Below, in pieces: positions 19,526 to 29,660 of a stretch of DNA of 64,000 bases. How positions within the stretch are numbered: the first letter of the stretch is position 1; every line of letters starts with the position of its first letter. The notes under the pieces are model-generated. The model was not told where the DNA came from. It did not search any database and saw nothing but the letters and a program-made list of their open reading frames with translations. Both the position numbers and the translations under genes were made by a program. Source of the DNA: Thermodesulfobacteriota bacterium. GTDB taxonomy: Bacteria; Desulfobacterota; Desulfobulbia; Desulfobulbales; SURF-16. Where the stretch lies: contig JBFMAY010000010.1 of NCBI GenBank assembly GCA_040755455.1, forward strand, positions 1-64,000. The letters run 5' to 3'.

Positions 19526-20902
19526 ATGGAAAAAATTTATGATGTCATCATCATCGGAGCCGGCATTTCCGGCCTTTCCGCCGCGCATTTTGTCAAAAAA
19601 TTAGCCCCTTCCTTGGAGGTCATGCTCCTGGAGGCAAGCGGCCGGGCCGGCGGTGCGATCCAGTCATTTCATCAGGACGGCTTTCTGGCAGAATGGGGTC
19701 CCCACGGCTTCTTGGACAATGCGGAGGAAAGCAGAGAAATTCTCGAAGATACGGGTCTTTACAGTGAGGCCCAGCAGGCCCCATTGGGTGATTTTCACCG
19801 CTACGTCTGCCACCAGGGCAGACTCGTGCAGATACCGCAGAAACCCGGCAAGATCCTTTCCACCCCCCTGCTGCCCTTCTGGGGTAAACTCAGGGTGCTG
19901 GGTGATCTGTGGATCAAGCCCGACCCAAAAGACCAGACTCTCGGGCAATGGGCCGGCAGACGATTCGGCAAGAGCGTGCTGCCTTTGATCGATGCGGCGG
20001 TGACCGGAAGTTATTCCGGTGATTTCAATCTGCTCAGCATTGATTCGGTCATGCCGGGTTTGCGTAAGCTTGAATGCGAACATGGCTCCGTCATCCGTGC
20101 CCTGCTGCGCAAGATGAAAGAGAAGAAGGGGTCTATTAAGAAAAGGCTGCCAGCCATGAACAATTTTCCCCAGGGGCTTGATCGCCTGGTCGAGGTGCTG
20201 GAGCAGGGGAAAAATATTGCCTTTGCCAGCGCCGCAACCGCCATTGGCAGAGAGGATGGCCAATGGCGGATCACCACGGCGCAAGGGGTGCTTTCCGCAA
20301 GAAATATCGTGATGGCACTGCCGGTGAACAGTGGTCTGAAGATCCTGTCAGCAATAAAGAAACCACCCATCGCCCGGATTCCTGAGTCAAGGATCTGCAA
20401 TGTGGTGCTGGGCTTTACCGCCAGCGCCAAGGTGCCCTATGGTTTCGGCTATCTGGCGCCGGAATGCGAGAAGCGTTTCACCCTGGGGGTATTATTTTCC
20501 TCCCATATGTTTCCTAACAGGGCGCCGGCGGGTAAGGTGCTGATGGAGGCCCTGGTCGGCGGCCGCCGGCATCCTGAACGGCTGGAGCTTGCCGACCAGG
20601 AGATCATCTCCTCGGTTTGCCGGGATATCAGGCAGCTGATGGATCTGCCTGAAAAGCCGCTGTTTGCCAAGGTTCTGCGCCCGGCCAGCGCAATCCCCCA
20701 GCTGGAGATGGATCACCCGAAGATGCTGGCCTACAGGGCCGGGCTTGAACAGGAAAACAAGGGGCTGTATATCTGCGGCTTCGGCTGGGACGGCGTGGGC
20801 ATCAACGACATGGTGAAATCTGCCAGAAAGGCCGCAGTGGCCATCAGTGCCGGCGGCAGAGGCGAAGAGGCTGCCGCCCAGGTCAAACCGGTTTATTTCT
20901 GA
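19526..20902 (+). CDS. hemY: Proto-/coproporphyrinogen oxidase (HemY-type flavoprotein)
   Basis: IIGAGISGL FAD motif, EWGPHGF, GFGYLAP, LGVLFSS, GVGINDMV. Confidence 0.88.
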   Translation: MEKIYDVIIIGAGISGLSAAHFVKKLAPSLEVMLLEASGRAGGAIQSFHQDGFLAEWGPHGFLDNAEESREILEDTGLYSEAQQAPLGDFHRYVCHQGRLVQIPQKPGKILSTPLLPFWGKLRVLGDLWIKPDPKDQTLGQWAGRRFGKSVLPLIDAAVTGSYSGDFNLLSIDSVMPGLRKLECEHGSVIRALLRKMKEKKGSIKKRLPAMNNFPQGLDRLVEVLEQGKNIAFASAATAIGREDGQWRITTAQGVLSARNIVMALPVNSGLKILSAIKKPPIARIPESRICNVVLGFTASAKVPYGFGYLAPECEKRFTLGVLFSSHMFPNRAPAGKVLMEALVGGRRHPERLELADQEIISSVCRDIRQLMDLPEKPLFAKVLRPASAIPQLEMDHPKMLAYRAGLEQENKGLYICGFGWDGVGINDMVKSARKAAVAISAGGRGEEAAAQVKPVYF

Positions 20903-20908
20903 TATCGC

Positions 20909-22246
20909 TTAAAGAAATTTTTTCTCCAGCTTGTCGGCCAAAAATTCAACCTGTTTGCGGATGCTGGTATTGCGGGTCTGCTTGTCGGTAATGACCCTGA
21001 TGGCATGGACCACGGTTGAATGATCCCGGTTAAACGCCTTGCCGATATCGACAAGCGGCGTGTCGGTATATTTGCGCGAGAGATACATGGCAATCTGCCG
21101 GGGAAAGGCCAAGGTCTGTTTGCGGGATTTTGACTGCAGTTCCGTCACGTCAACCTTGAACTGTTTGGCAATAAAGTCCCTGATCGCTACCGGTGAGAGC
21201 TGCCGGCTGTTGCCGATGATATTTGCCAGTGTTTCCTTGAGCATGGTAAAATCCGGCGCAGCCTGCATGAGGGCGGTCTGGGCCTTGAGGCTGACGATGG
21301 TGCTTTCCACCTGGCGGATATCGCCTTTGATGTTTTCCGCCAGATAGTTGATGTGTTCTTCGTTTAAATCCAGGGAATTGATTTCCGCCTTCCGGCGGAT
21401 GATTTTTATTCTGGTTTCCAGACTGGGCGGATTGATGGTGGTAATGATGCCGGAGGACAGCCTGGAGCGGATGGCGGAATCGATATCGGGAATCTCCCGC
21501 GGCCCCAGGGAACTGGTGAAAATGATTTTCTTGCCGTTTTCAAGGAGAATATCAAGGGTTTCAGACAGTTCCGCCTGGGTTTTCAGCCGACCGGCCAGCG
21601 TGTGGACGTCCTCAATCAGCAGAACATCGCACTGTTTGTGATATTTATCTTTGAAATGGTTCATGGTGTTGTTCTTAATGTTTTTGACCATTTCCGCCGT
21701 CAGTTGCTGGGCGGTCAGATAGTTGAGCCTGACGCCGGGCTTATGCCCGATGATGTGATGGGCGACGGCGTGGGTGAGATGGCTTTTACCAAGTCCTGTT
21801 CCCGCTTTCAGATAAACACAGGAACCAACTGTTGAGTCGTTCATGGCAATATCGGCGCAGGCGGAACGCGCCATGATATTGCAATCACCGACAATAAATT
21901 CATCAAAGGTGAAACGGGGATGCAGGGTTCTGATTGACGACTTCGTCTTCGGCATATCGGGCAGCCGCAAGGGTTCATGCGGGGCGGCAAGAAGCGGCAG
22001 CTGCGCCTTGCTGCCGTCATTTGTCTGGAAAACAATTCTCATATCGCTCCGTCCAAGCAGGCGGAGTGCCTCCTGCATTGCGCCAAGATATTTCTCCGTT
22101 ACCCAGGAGCAGAAAAAGCTGTCCGGACAGGCAACCTCAAGGGTGCTGTTATCATTCTCTTTTCCGGATAATGGGTTGATCCAGAGCGAATATGCGCTTT
22201 CTGGGAGTTTTTCCGCGAGAATGTCTTTGATCTTTTGCCAGAGCAT
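20909..22246 (-). CDS. dnaA: Chromosomal replication initiator DnaA (isolated copy)
   Basis: FTFDEFIVG, GTGLGKSHL, LLIEDVH, SRLSSG, domain IV PRQIAMYL...IGKAFNRDHSTVVHA. Confidence 0.92.
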   Translation of the reverse strand: MLWQKIKDILAEKLPESAYSLWINPLSGKENDNSTLEVACPDSFFCSWVTEKYLGAMQEALRLLGRSDMRIVFQTNDGSKAQLPLLAAPHEPLRLPDMPKTKSSIRTLHPRFTFDEFIVGDCNIMARSACADIAMNDSTVGSCVYLKAGTGLGKSHLTHAVAHHIIGHKPGVRLNYLTAQQLTAEMVKNIKNNTMNHFKDKYHKQCDVLLIEDVHTLAGRLKTQAELSETLDILLENGKKIIFTSSLGPREIPDIDSAIRSRLSSGIITTINPPSLETRIKIIRRKAEINSLDLNEEHINYLAENIKGDIRQVESTIVSLKAQTALMQAAPDFTMLKETLANIIGNSRQLSPVAIRDFIAKQFKVDVTELQSKSRKQTLAFPRQIAMYLSRKYTDTPLVDIGKAFNRDHSTVVHAIRVITDKQTRNTSIRKQVEFLADKLEKKFL

Positions 22247-22947
22247 GGATGGTCCTGCTATAGGTAGAATTTGGAATGATAAAAAAGAAAAAGCATTTAG
22301 ATCATATTAAGAGATCGTTTGGATTCTGTTTGCTTGTATAAAAAAAAACCGCCTCCTGTCAAAGACGGTTATTCCCGATTTTTAAAAATAAAAGCCCAAG
22401 TTATCAACAGCCTTTATATCCTTGCAAGAAGCGGAAAGAGAGGGGGGGTATTTCTAACGGGCTAGAAAAACGCACTTTTTGAACCTATTGGTTGAAAGCC
22501 CATGAAATCGGGGGGTCGTAGGTTATTTCATGGAGCTTTTTTGTATTTAATTGATCTCTGAATGTTCACTTTTTCTCCTCATTTCTCTTATTTTCTGTTA
22601 AATGCTCGTTTTTCTGCTAACTACCCGAGACTTCATGGGGAATTAATTTCAGACCTTTTTTACGCCCGGAAGATGGAAAAAAGAAGCTGGCTGTCAAGAG
22701 GAAAAATCACTGTTGGCGCAGATTTGCAGCGTGTTGCGGTGTATCATCCGGTGTATCATCACTGGGGGCTGCCGGGTGGATTGATCCGGCCGACAAATAA
22801 CCTTGATATACACTTTGTACGACACTGTGGGTGATTTGCTCCGAAAATCAAGGGGCTTGGTTAGAGATAAATGGAAGTCCTGCATCCTCTCCGCATTGAG
22901 TTAATGCATGCAAAATGCTCGACCACGCCTGAAGACGATTTTGCCGC

Positions 22948-25248
22948 TTATTCCCTCCGAATAAGGGCCTCTCTGATCGCTGAGGCCAGCTCCTGGACAG
23001 TGTAAGGCTTGCGCAAAAAGCTTGCGGCCCCCAGGGTAATGGCCTGCTGCACCTCCTCGCTGGCGGAAAAACCGCTCACCAGGATAGCCTTCTGGCTCGG
23101 CCTGATTGCCCGAATCTGCTCATAGGTTTCGCGGCCGCCCATCCCCGGAGGCATGATCATGTCAAGCAGGAGCAGGTCCACTGACTGTTGCGCAATTACC
23201 GAGACAGCTTCTTCCCCGCTGGCTACGGTTTGCGGCTCATAGCCCAGACGCGTGAGCATGCTGGCGGCAATCTCACGCTGCTGTTCGTCGTCATCGATAA
23301 CCAAAATCTTTTCCCCATTGCCGACCCTGAGTTCTTCTGGTTTGGAATCCAACAAGGTGAAAGCTTTTTCATCGCTTGCCGGAAATTGGATTTCAAAGGT
23401 CGTTCCGGATGAGTTGCTTGCTACCTCAACACTGCCGCCATGCTCCTGGACAACATTCCACACCACCGCCAGACCAAGTCCCGTACCACTGCGGCCCATG
23501 ACCTTTTTGGAATAAAAGGGTTCGAAAATTCTCTCCAGATCTTCTTTTTTGATGCCTGGTCCATTATCGCTTACCCGCAGCACAACCTTGGGTGTTGTTG
23601 CTTGCGGTTGCAAGGAGGCATTGGCGGTGGATATGCGGACAGCACCCTGGCCCTCAATCGCTTCCGCCGCATTGGTCACAAGATTCATAAGCACCTTGGC
23701 GATATGAACCGATGAGCCGCTGAAGATGCCAAGGTTGTCCGCCGTCTCCGCGCTAAAGAAAACAGCGGGAAAACGCGCGGAAAGTTGGGCAAATTCCGGG
23801 GACTGCAGGTACTGTTCGACGATGGTGTTCAGATCCACCGCCTCCTTTTTCTGGGCAATTCCCCTTGCCACGGTCAGCAGATCATCCACGATGGCAGCAG
23901 CTCTTTTCCCGGCCTGCTTGATGATGTTGAGGGGTTTGTGCATAGGACTGTCTTTCGGCTGATCAAGCAGGAGCATGTCCGGATAGGTGACGATGCCGGC
24001 CAGGATATTGTTCAGGTCATGGGCAACACCACCCGCCATCATGCCGATGGCCTCCATCTTCTGGGCGCGGTGCAGTCGGGCCTCTACCTCCTGCCGTTCC
24101 AGCTGGGCAATTTTCCGGTCCGTGATGTCAATGACGAGGATGTGGATGGCCTTGCGGTCATCGTCCCAGTTGATCAGTTGGCCATGAATTTCATAAAAAG
24201 TGCCGTGGTCCTCCCGCTCCCAGGTGAAACAGCCGTTATGACGTTCAAGCTGCAGAGGCCTGTTGAGGCAACAGGGGCAGATCTCATCCCTGCCATCTGC
24301 CCGGAAAACCTGAAAACATTTCCGGCCGACGATATTCCCATATTTTTTTAGGGTATAACGGTTGATGAAAAGAATTTCATAGGTATGCAGATCAGCGACA
24401 TAGATGACGTTGTCCAGACCGTCAAGGATGCTTGAGAAGCGGCGGAAGGCGGCGGACAGGGCTTCCTTGGATTGTTGCAGCTCGACGATGTATGCCTGCC
24501 GCCGGTAGACAAAGACGACAAGCAGCAGGACGACAACGATGGTACAGCTGGCAACGATTGCCTCAAGCATCCGGAATTGCTGTTGTTTCTCGGCGGCAAT
24601 CCTCTCGAAGCCAGCTAGCCGTTCCCGGCTGTTGTAAAAAAGCTGATTGGCATTTTCATTCATGCGGACGAAACTGGGTGAGCTGTTTTTCAGAAAGGTC
24701 TTCAGTTCCTTGATTGCCGCAACAAATTGGGAGTTACTGTTCTCACCCTTGATCCGGTCGCGGGCTGAGGTCAACTTTACCAAGGTCTCGGTTTTTTTTT
24801 CAATGTCCACCAGCCTTGGGCGGAGGTCGATGATTTCCAGAATGTAGCGTTCACCGCTGGTCGGCTGGTAATGGACGATGGTCACCATCTCGTCTTGTTC
24901 CGGCAGGTTGAGGGGGATATGATATTCAATGGTCCCTCCTTTTTCAATGACGTCCAGGGACTGCCTTACCCGGGCAATCGTGCTGAAAATCGATTCGGCG
25001 TAGATGGCCTGGGACTCAGGATCGGTTGTTGTCGGCAGTCTGAAAAAATTCGCTTCAAGCTGGCGCAGATCATTGATGATCATTTCGTCGATAACAATTC
25101 TGTTATGTTCATTTCTCGACTGCAGCTCGAGCCTGTCTTTCAGACGCAGAAAAAGAATGTGCTGCACGACCAGCAGAGAAAAACCGAACAGGAAGATGAT
25201 CAACAGGATAAAGAGTCCCGGCGTTGATCGGTAGGGGGGAATTTGCAT
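22948..25248 (-). CDS. Hybrid sensor histidine kinase (TM-periplasmic-TM, PAS, HisKA, HATPase, receiver)
   Basis: GGVAHDLNN, NLVTNA, DNGPGI, GTGLGL, receiver LLDMIMP; start chosen 8 nt after upstream stop. Confidence 0.93.
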   Translation of the reverse strand: MQIPPYRSTPGLFILLIIFLFGFSLLVVQHILFLRLKDRLELQSRNEHNRIVIDEMIINDLRQLEANFFRLPTTTDPESQAIYAESIFSTIARVRQSLDVIEKGGTIEYHIPLNLPEQDEMVTIVHYQPTSGERYILEIIDLRPRLVDIEKKTETLVKLTSARDRIKGENSNSQFVAAIKELKTFLKNSSPSFVRMNENANQLFYNSRERLAGFERIAAEKQQQFRMLEAIVASCTIVVVLLLVVFVYRRQAYIVELQQSKEALSAAFRRFSSILDGLDNVIYVADLHTYEILFINRYTLKKYGNIVGRKCFQVFRADGRDEICPCCLNRPLQLERHNGCFTWEREDHGTFYEIHGQLINWDDDRKAIHILVIDITDRKIAQLERQEVEARLHRAQKMEAIGMMAGGVAHDLNNILAGIVTYPDMLLLDQPKDSPMHKPLNIIKQAGKRAAAIVDDLLTVARGIAQKKEAVDLNTIVEQYLQSPEFAQLSARFPAVFFSAETADNLGIFSGSSVHIAKVLMNLVTNAAEAIEGQGAVRISTANASLQPQATTPKVVLRVSDNGPGIKKEDLERIFEPFYSKKVMGRSGTGLGLAVVWNVVQEHGGSVEVASNSSGTTFEIQFPASDEKAFTLLDSKPEELRVGNGEKILVIDDDEQQREIAASMLTRLGYEPQTVASGEEAVSVIAQQSVDLLLLDMIMPPGMGGRETYEQIRAIRPSQKAILVSGFSASEEVQQAITLGAASFLRKPYTVQELASAIREALIRRE

Positions 25249-25255
25249 ACCGGAA

Positions 25256-26026
25256 CTATTTTTCCAGAAACCCATGCCTGGCAAAGATTTCTTGTCCCTC
25301 TTTTGATGAGGCCAGTTCCATAAAACGGCGGGCTATATCCGGGTATGGAGAAAAGGTGAGCAGGCCGAGAACGAGCTTATGGGGCGGAGCAACCTTGTCA
25401 TCAAGCAGCAGTCCATCCATGAAGGGGCGGTTTTCCTCCCAGACTGACGAGGCATACCAGTTGAGTACCAGATCCGCATTCTTATCCAGAATCGCCTTGA
25501 CCATCCCTTTGGAATCAGAGGTGAGAAAAAGCGCGTTGTCCAAGGCCTCCTGATAAATGCCCAGCGGCCCCAGGATCCGTTCCGTTTCCCTGCCGATACT
25601 GCCGCTCTCCGCTGAACCGAGAACGACCCTGTATTGTTTGTTGGTGAGGTTTCTTACGTCGGGAGTGATATGCAGCGGGTTGCCTTTCTGGACGATGAGG
25701 GCCGCCCGGTTATATCCGACGAATACGGTCTCTTTTACCAGTCCTTCATCGATGCAGGTTTGGATGTATGATTCCGCGCCGGGGAGAAAAAGGTCGCCAA
25801 CCCGGTTCGCTTTAATACTGTTGAGCAGGGCGCCTGAGCCCTGCTTGGTGATCTTGATGGTGCAGTTTTTTTCCTGTTCGACGATTTTGGCTATTTCCTG
25901 CATGGGCATGATCATGGTGATGCCGCAGTAAATGAGCAGCTCTTTGCGGGATTCGGCCTGTTCCGCTTTCCGGCAGCCACTCAACAGACAAATGGTTATC
26001 AGCAAAAGAAGAAGCATTCTTTTCAT
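25256..26026 (-). CDS. ModA-like periplasmic anion-binding lipoprotein
   Basis: Lipobox LSGC, LLIYCG, GSGALL, GDLFLPG, LIVQKGNP, SGSIGR. Confidence 0.82.
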   Translation of the reverse strand: MKRMLLLLLITICLLSGCRKAEQAESRKELLIYCGITMIMPMQEIAKIVEQEKNCTIKITKQGSGALLNSIKANRVGDLFLPGAESYIQTCIDEGLVKETVFVGYNRAALIVQKGNPLHITPDVRNLTNKQYRVVLGSAESGSIGRETERILGPLGIYQEALDNALFLTSDSKGMVKAILDKNADLVLNWYASSVWEENRPFMDGLLLDDKVAPPHKLVLGLLTFSPYPDIARRFMELASSKEGQEIFARHGFLEK

Positions 26027-26265
26027 AATGGGTAAGCCTTTATAGTTTGTTGACTGTGGGATGAGGCCGTTAATCTCCATTCTTCTTTTGATGATATAAA
26101 CTATCAATCTAAACTGCAAATTATTATTTTCCCGATCAAATAGACAATTCCTCCTGGCAAACAGTCATCGGTAATTTTTAATAAAGATTCCTGTTTGCAA
26201 TTATTCCCCGGCGGTATTACCTTTTTAAGCAAAGCCTGAAACACTTTCACCAATAAGGAGAGCCG

Positions 26266-27078
26266 ATGAACAAACAGAGTCAGAAAATAGAAGAGCATTT
26301 TATTGCTGAAAAACCCTTTTATCTGGCCCAGAAAAATGAACTGGCGGTGGCCCTGGCCGCTTACGGTAATGCTCTGCCGCTGCTGCTCAAAGGACCGACC
26401 GGCAGCGGCAAGACGCGCTTCATGCAGTTTCTGGCCTGGACGCTCAAGCGGCCGCTCATCACCGTGTCCTGTCATGATGATCTGTCCACCAGCGACCTGG
26501 TAGGACGCTATCTGATCAAGGGGGGCGAAACCTTCTGGGTTGACGGACCGATGACCCTGGCCGTTCGGCATGGGGCCATCTGCTATCTTGACGAGGTGGT
26601 TGAGGCCAGGAAGGATACCACAGTCGTCATCCATCCCCTGGCCGACGACCGGCGCCAGCTCGCTATCGAGAAACGGGGCGAGCTGCTCACCGCCCCGCAG
26701 GAATTCATGCTGGCCGTGTCCTATAATCCCGGCTACCAGTCTGTCCTAAAGGACATGAAGCAGTCCACCCGGCAGCGGTTTGTGGCCCTGGAACTCAATT
26801 ATCCCGGTCCGGAACTTGAAACGGAAATCATCAGCCATGAGGCCGGAGTTGAGGAGCAGCTGGCCCGCTCCCTGGTGCGCATAGGGGCCATGACCAGGGG
26901 TTTGAAGGACTCGGGCCTGCAGGAGGGGGCAAGCACCCGGCTGCTGGTCCATGCCGGGCTGCTGATCAGGGAGGGCATCGCCCCGCGGGAGGCCTGTCAC
27001 GTGACCATCACCGAGGCGCTCACCGATGACCATGAACTGGTCGGGGCCATTGACGAGATGATCAGTTCCGTAATCTGA
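26266..27078 (+). CDS. CbbQ/NirQ/NorQ-family MoxR AAA+ ATPase
   Basis: LKGPTGSGKTRF, CYLDEVVEARKDT, SYNPGYQ, KQSTRQRF, STRLLV. Confidence 0.93.
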   Translation: MNKQSQKIEEHFIAEKPFYLAQKNELAVALAAYGNALPLLLKGPTGSGKTRFMQFLAWTLKRPLITVSCHDDLSTSDLVGRYLIKGGETFWVDGPMTLAVRHGAICYLDEVVEARKDTTVVIHPLADDRRQLAIEKRGELLTAPQEFMLAVSYNPGYQSVLKDMKQSTRQRFVALELNYPGPELETEIISHEAGVEEQLARSLVRIGAMTRGLKDSGLQEGASTRLLVHAGLLIREGIAPREACHVTITEALTDDHELVGAIDEMISSVI

Positions 27079-27088
27079 AGGAGACGGC

Positions 27089-29431
27089 ATGGAAAGCATA
27101 CCCGCATTAAAGCTGCAGCAGATTATCCCGGACAATCAGCTCAACGAGTGGGAACGCGACGAGCTGCTCGAACAGCTGGGCGCCTGCGACCCGCAGATGG
27201 AAAGGGCTGTGCTGGAACAGATTTCGGTCATCTGGCCGGTCAGCCATGCCTTGTGTTTTGCCTTTCTTGAACAACTGCCTGCCGGGCTGCGGTGCCTGGA
27301 GACAAAACAGCTGGCCGCATGGGTAAAAGGGATATTGCAGTCCTATGAGGCGGACGGGCTGCAGGCTGCGCGCCTCTATATGTCTGATGTGGAAAATAAT
27401 TTTCTCTGTCAGCTGCGGGGCGAGAGCGGGCTCACCTTTGCCGAGGCCCGGGGCCGGCTTGTTCCCTATATCCGGGGCATATCCGGCCGCAGTCTGCAGC
27501 TTGAACCGGCGGCCAATGTGGCAACCGATACCGCCACCATTTTCCTGCCCGGAAATGTCGCCTGCTACCGGGATCATGCCGCAAATTTCCAGGTTTACAA
27601 GCTGCTCGCCACCTACCAGTGGGGCTTTATCAACCGGGATCTCTACTGCCAAAACCACGCAGAATCCGCCCCCCTCCGTTTTCCCGGGGATGGGCCGCAA
27701 GGTGGACAAGGGAATACTGATGACATCCTGGCGCGCTTTTTCGCCATTTTCCCCAATCAGCAACTGGCCAAGGACATTTATCACCTTCTGCACACCCTGC
27801 GGGTCTCATTTTTCATGCTGGCGGAGTTTCCCGGCCTGATGCGCGACCTGCGGTCATTTTTCGTCCTGCTGCGCAAAAAACGGCCGCCCCTTCGTTCACT
27901 GGCAGGAGTGAATTATCCGCTTGAACAAATAAGACGGTGGCTGCTCGCTCAGCTCAGCGGCCAGCAGGTGGGCGGCCTGGGCGCTTCTCACCAGCTCAGA
28001 GAGATAATGAAAACAGCCTGGAGCGGCCAGGCAGGCAATGCGGCTATCGTCACCGCCACCCTCCGTTTTTATGAGGCCTTCTGCCGTGCCGAGCCGGCCT
28101 ATGAGCCGTTGCCGCCGCTTCTTTTCCAGGGGGAGTTTCAGCCGCAGGAGGCGCACCGCGCCCGCCTGGCCAGGCGAGAGGGCAACAAGCAGAAATTCAT
28201 CGCCGCCCTTGCCGCGCTGCTGCCGCCCCAGGCAAATGCCGCTACAGGCGCGGAGGCGGGAAAAGAGCCGCAGGCCGCAGCTGCCAAAGTGACGGAAAAC
28301 GGCGCCAGTGTCACCCCGGGCCAGCAGGATAAATCAAGCAAAGCGGAAGCTGACCGGCAGTCCGGGGCAGAACCGCGCTTTATCTGTCTCGATGATGAGC
28401 ATCTTGAATTGCCGGCAGAGCTGCGAAAGTTAGCCGGGGAGATTACGGACGATCTTGGGTCCCTGCCCTCTTTCTACATCGCCAGCGCCAGTCAGCGGGC
28501 CGGGGGCCAGGGTAAAAGTCCGGCCAAAGGCCCGCAACAGGAGACAGGGGAAGCGTTGCAGGGCGGTCTGCTTTACGATGAATGGGATTTCCGGCGGCAG
28601 GGATTCCGCAAGAACTGGTGCAGGTTGAACCCCAAGCGGCTTGATGCGGTCAAGGGTACTTTTGTCAGCCATACCCTGGCCAAATATCGTGGGCAGATCA
28701 TGCAGCTGAAAAGGCAATTTGAGATGATGCGCACCCGGCATCTCTTTGTCGGCCGGCAGCGGGACGGTGAGGATGTGGATCTTGATGCGCTGACCGAGGC
28801 CCACGGGGACCTCCGGGCGGGTCTGGTCCCTTCTGAACGGCTCTTTATCCGTCTGCAGAGGGACGAGCGGGACATTGCCGCCCTCTTTCTGGTGGATATG
28901 TCCTCTTCCACGGAAGGGTGGGTTGGGACGGCCCTGAAGGAATCGCTGGTGCTGCTCAGCGAGGCCCTTGACGCCCTCGGCGATCGCTATGCCATTTACG
29001 GTTTTTCCGGCATGCGGCGCACCCGCAGCGAGATTTATCACATCAAGGGATTTGCTGAGCCGTCCACGGAGGAGATCAGGGGCCGCATTGCCGCCATCGC
29101 CCCGCTGGATTATACCCGCATGGGGCCGCCCATCCGGCATTTCACCAAGGTTCTTGCCAAGGTGGACGCCAGGGTGCGGCTCTTGATCATCCTGACCGAC
29201 GGCAAACCGGAGGATTATGATGATTACAAGGGGGAATATGCCATTGAAGACACCCGGCATGCCCTGCTCGAGGCCAAGAATGCCGGCATCCACCCCTTTT
29301 GCATCACCATCGACCGGGAGGCCCGGGATTATATGGGCCACATGTTCGGGGAGATCAATTATACCTTTATCAACGACGTGAGAAAGCTGCCCAGGCGCGT
29401 GCCGGAAATTTACCGCATGCTTACCAGCTGA
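27089..29431 (+). CDS. NorD/CbbO-family VWA-domain protein
   Basis: YDEWDF, C-terminal VWA with MIDAS DMSSS, YTRMG, LTDGKP, PFCITID; 10 nt after the ATPase. Confidence 0.9.
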   Translation: MESIPALKLQQIIPDNQLNEWERDELLEQLGACDPQMERAVLEQISVIWPVSHALCFAFLEQLPAGLRCLETKQLAAWVKGILQSYEADGLQAARLYMSDVENNFLCQLRGESGLTFAEARGRLVPYIRGISGRSLQLEPAANVATDTATIFLPGNVACYRDHAANFQVYKLLATYQWGFINRDLYCQNHAESAPLRFPGDGPQGGQGNTDDILARFFAIFPNQQLAKDIYHLLHTLRVSFFMLAEFPGLMRDLRSFFVLLRKKRPPLRSLAGVNYPLEQIRRWLLAQLSGQQVGGLGASHQLREIMKTAWSGQAGNAAIVTATLRFYEAFCRAEPAYEPLPPLLFQGEFQPQEAHRARLARREGNKQKFIAALAALLPPQANAATGAEAGKEPQAAAAKVTENGASVTPGQQDKSSKAEADRQSGAEPRFICLDDEHLELPAELRKLAGEITDDLGSLPSFYIASASQRAGGQGKSPAKGPQQETGEALQGGLLYDEWDFRRQGFRKNWCRLNPKRLDAVKGTFVSHTLAKYRGQIMQLKRQFEMMRTRHLFVGRQRDGEDVDLDALTEAHGDLRAGLVPSERLFIRLQRDERDIAALFLVDMSSSTEGWVGTALKESLVLLSEALDALGDRYAIYGFSGMRRTRSEIYHIKGFAEPSTEEIRGRIAAIAPLDYTRMGPPIRHFTKVLAKVDARVRLLIILTDGKPEDYDDYKGEYAIEDTRHALLEAKNAGIHPFCITIDREARDYMGHMFGEINYTFINDVRKLPRRVPEIYRMLTS

Positions 29432-29452
29432 CCCGCGCAACCGGCAGGAGGG

Positions 29453-29635
29453 TCAATCATTCTCAACCAGATAGCCTTTGAGCTTCTCCAGCAGGGAATC
29501 GGGGAGTTCTTCCTTATAGAGAAAGGCCTGCGCCTCCTCACCGGTGATCTGCTGTTTGACTTCAAGGGGCAGCGAGCGCAGTATCGCCATTCTCTCCGGA
29601 TCGGGTTTTTCCTTGCGGGGGCCGACATGCTTCAT
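29453..29635 (-). CDS. Small hypothetical protein
   Basis: 60 aa, GGAG RBS, third gene of the rbr-dsrE string. Confidence 0.65.
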   Translation of the reverse strand: MKHVGPRKEKPDPERMAILRSLPLEVKQQITGEEAQAFLYKEELPDSLLEKLKGYLVEND

Positions 29636-29660
29636 AGTTATTTCTCCGGGAAGGGCCGGG

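Noticed and set aside
22562..22834. 90-aa ORF upstream of dnaA
   Set aside because: No RBS, no recognisable motif, atypical composition; treated as non-coding
28430..29440. 336-aa antisense ORF
   Set aside because: Shadow frame of the well-supported NorD-like gene
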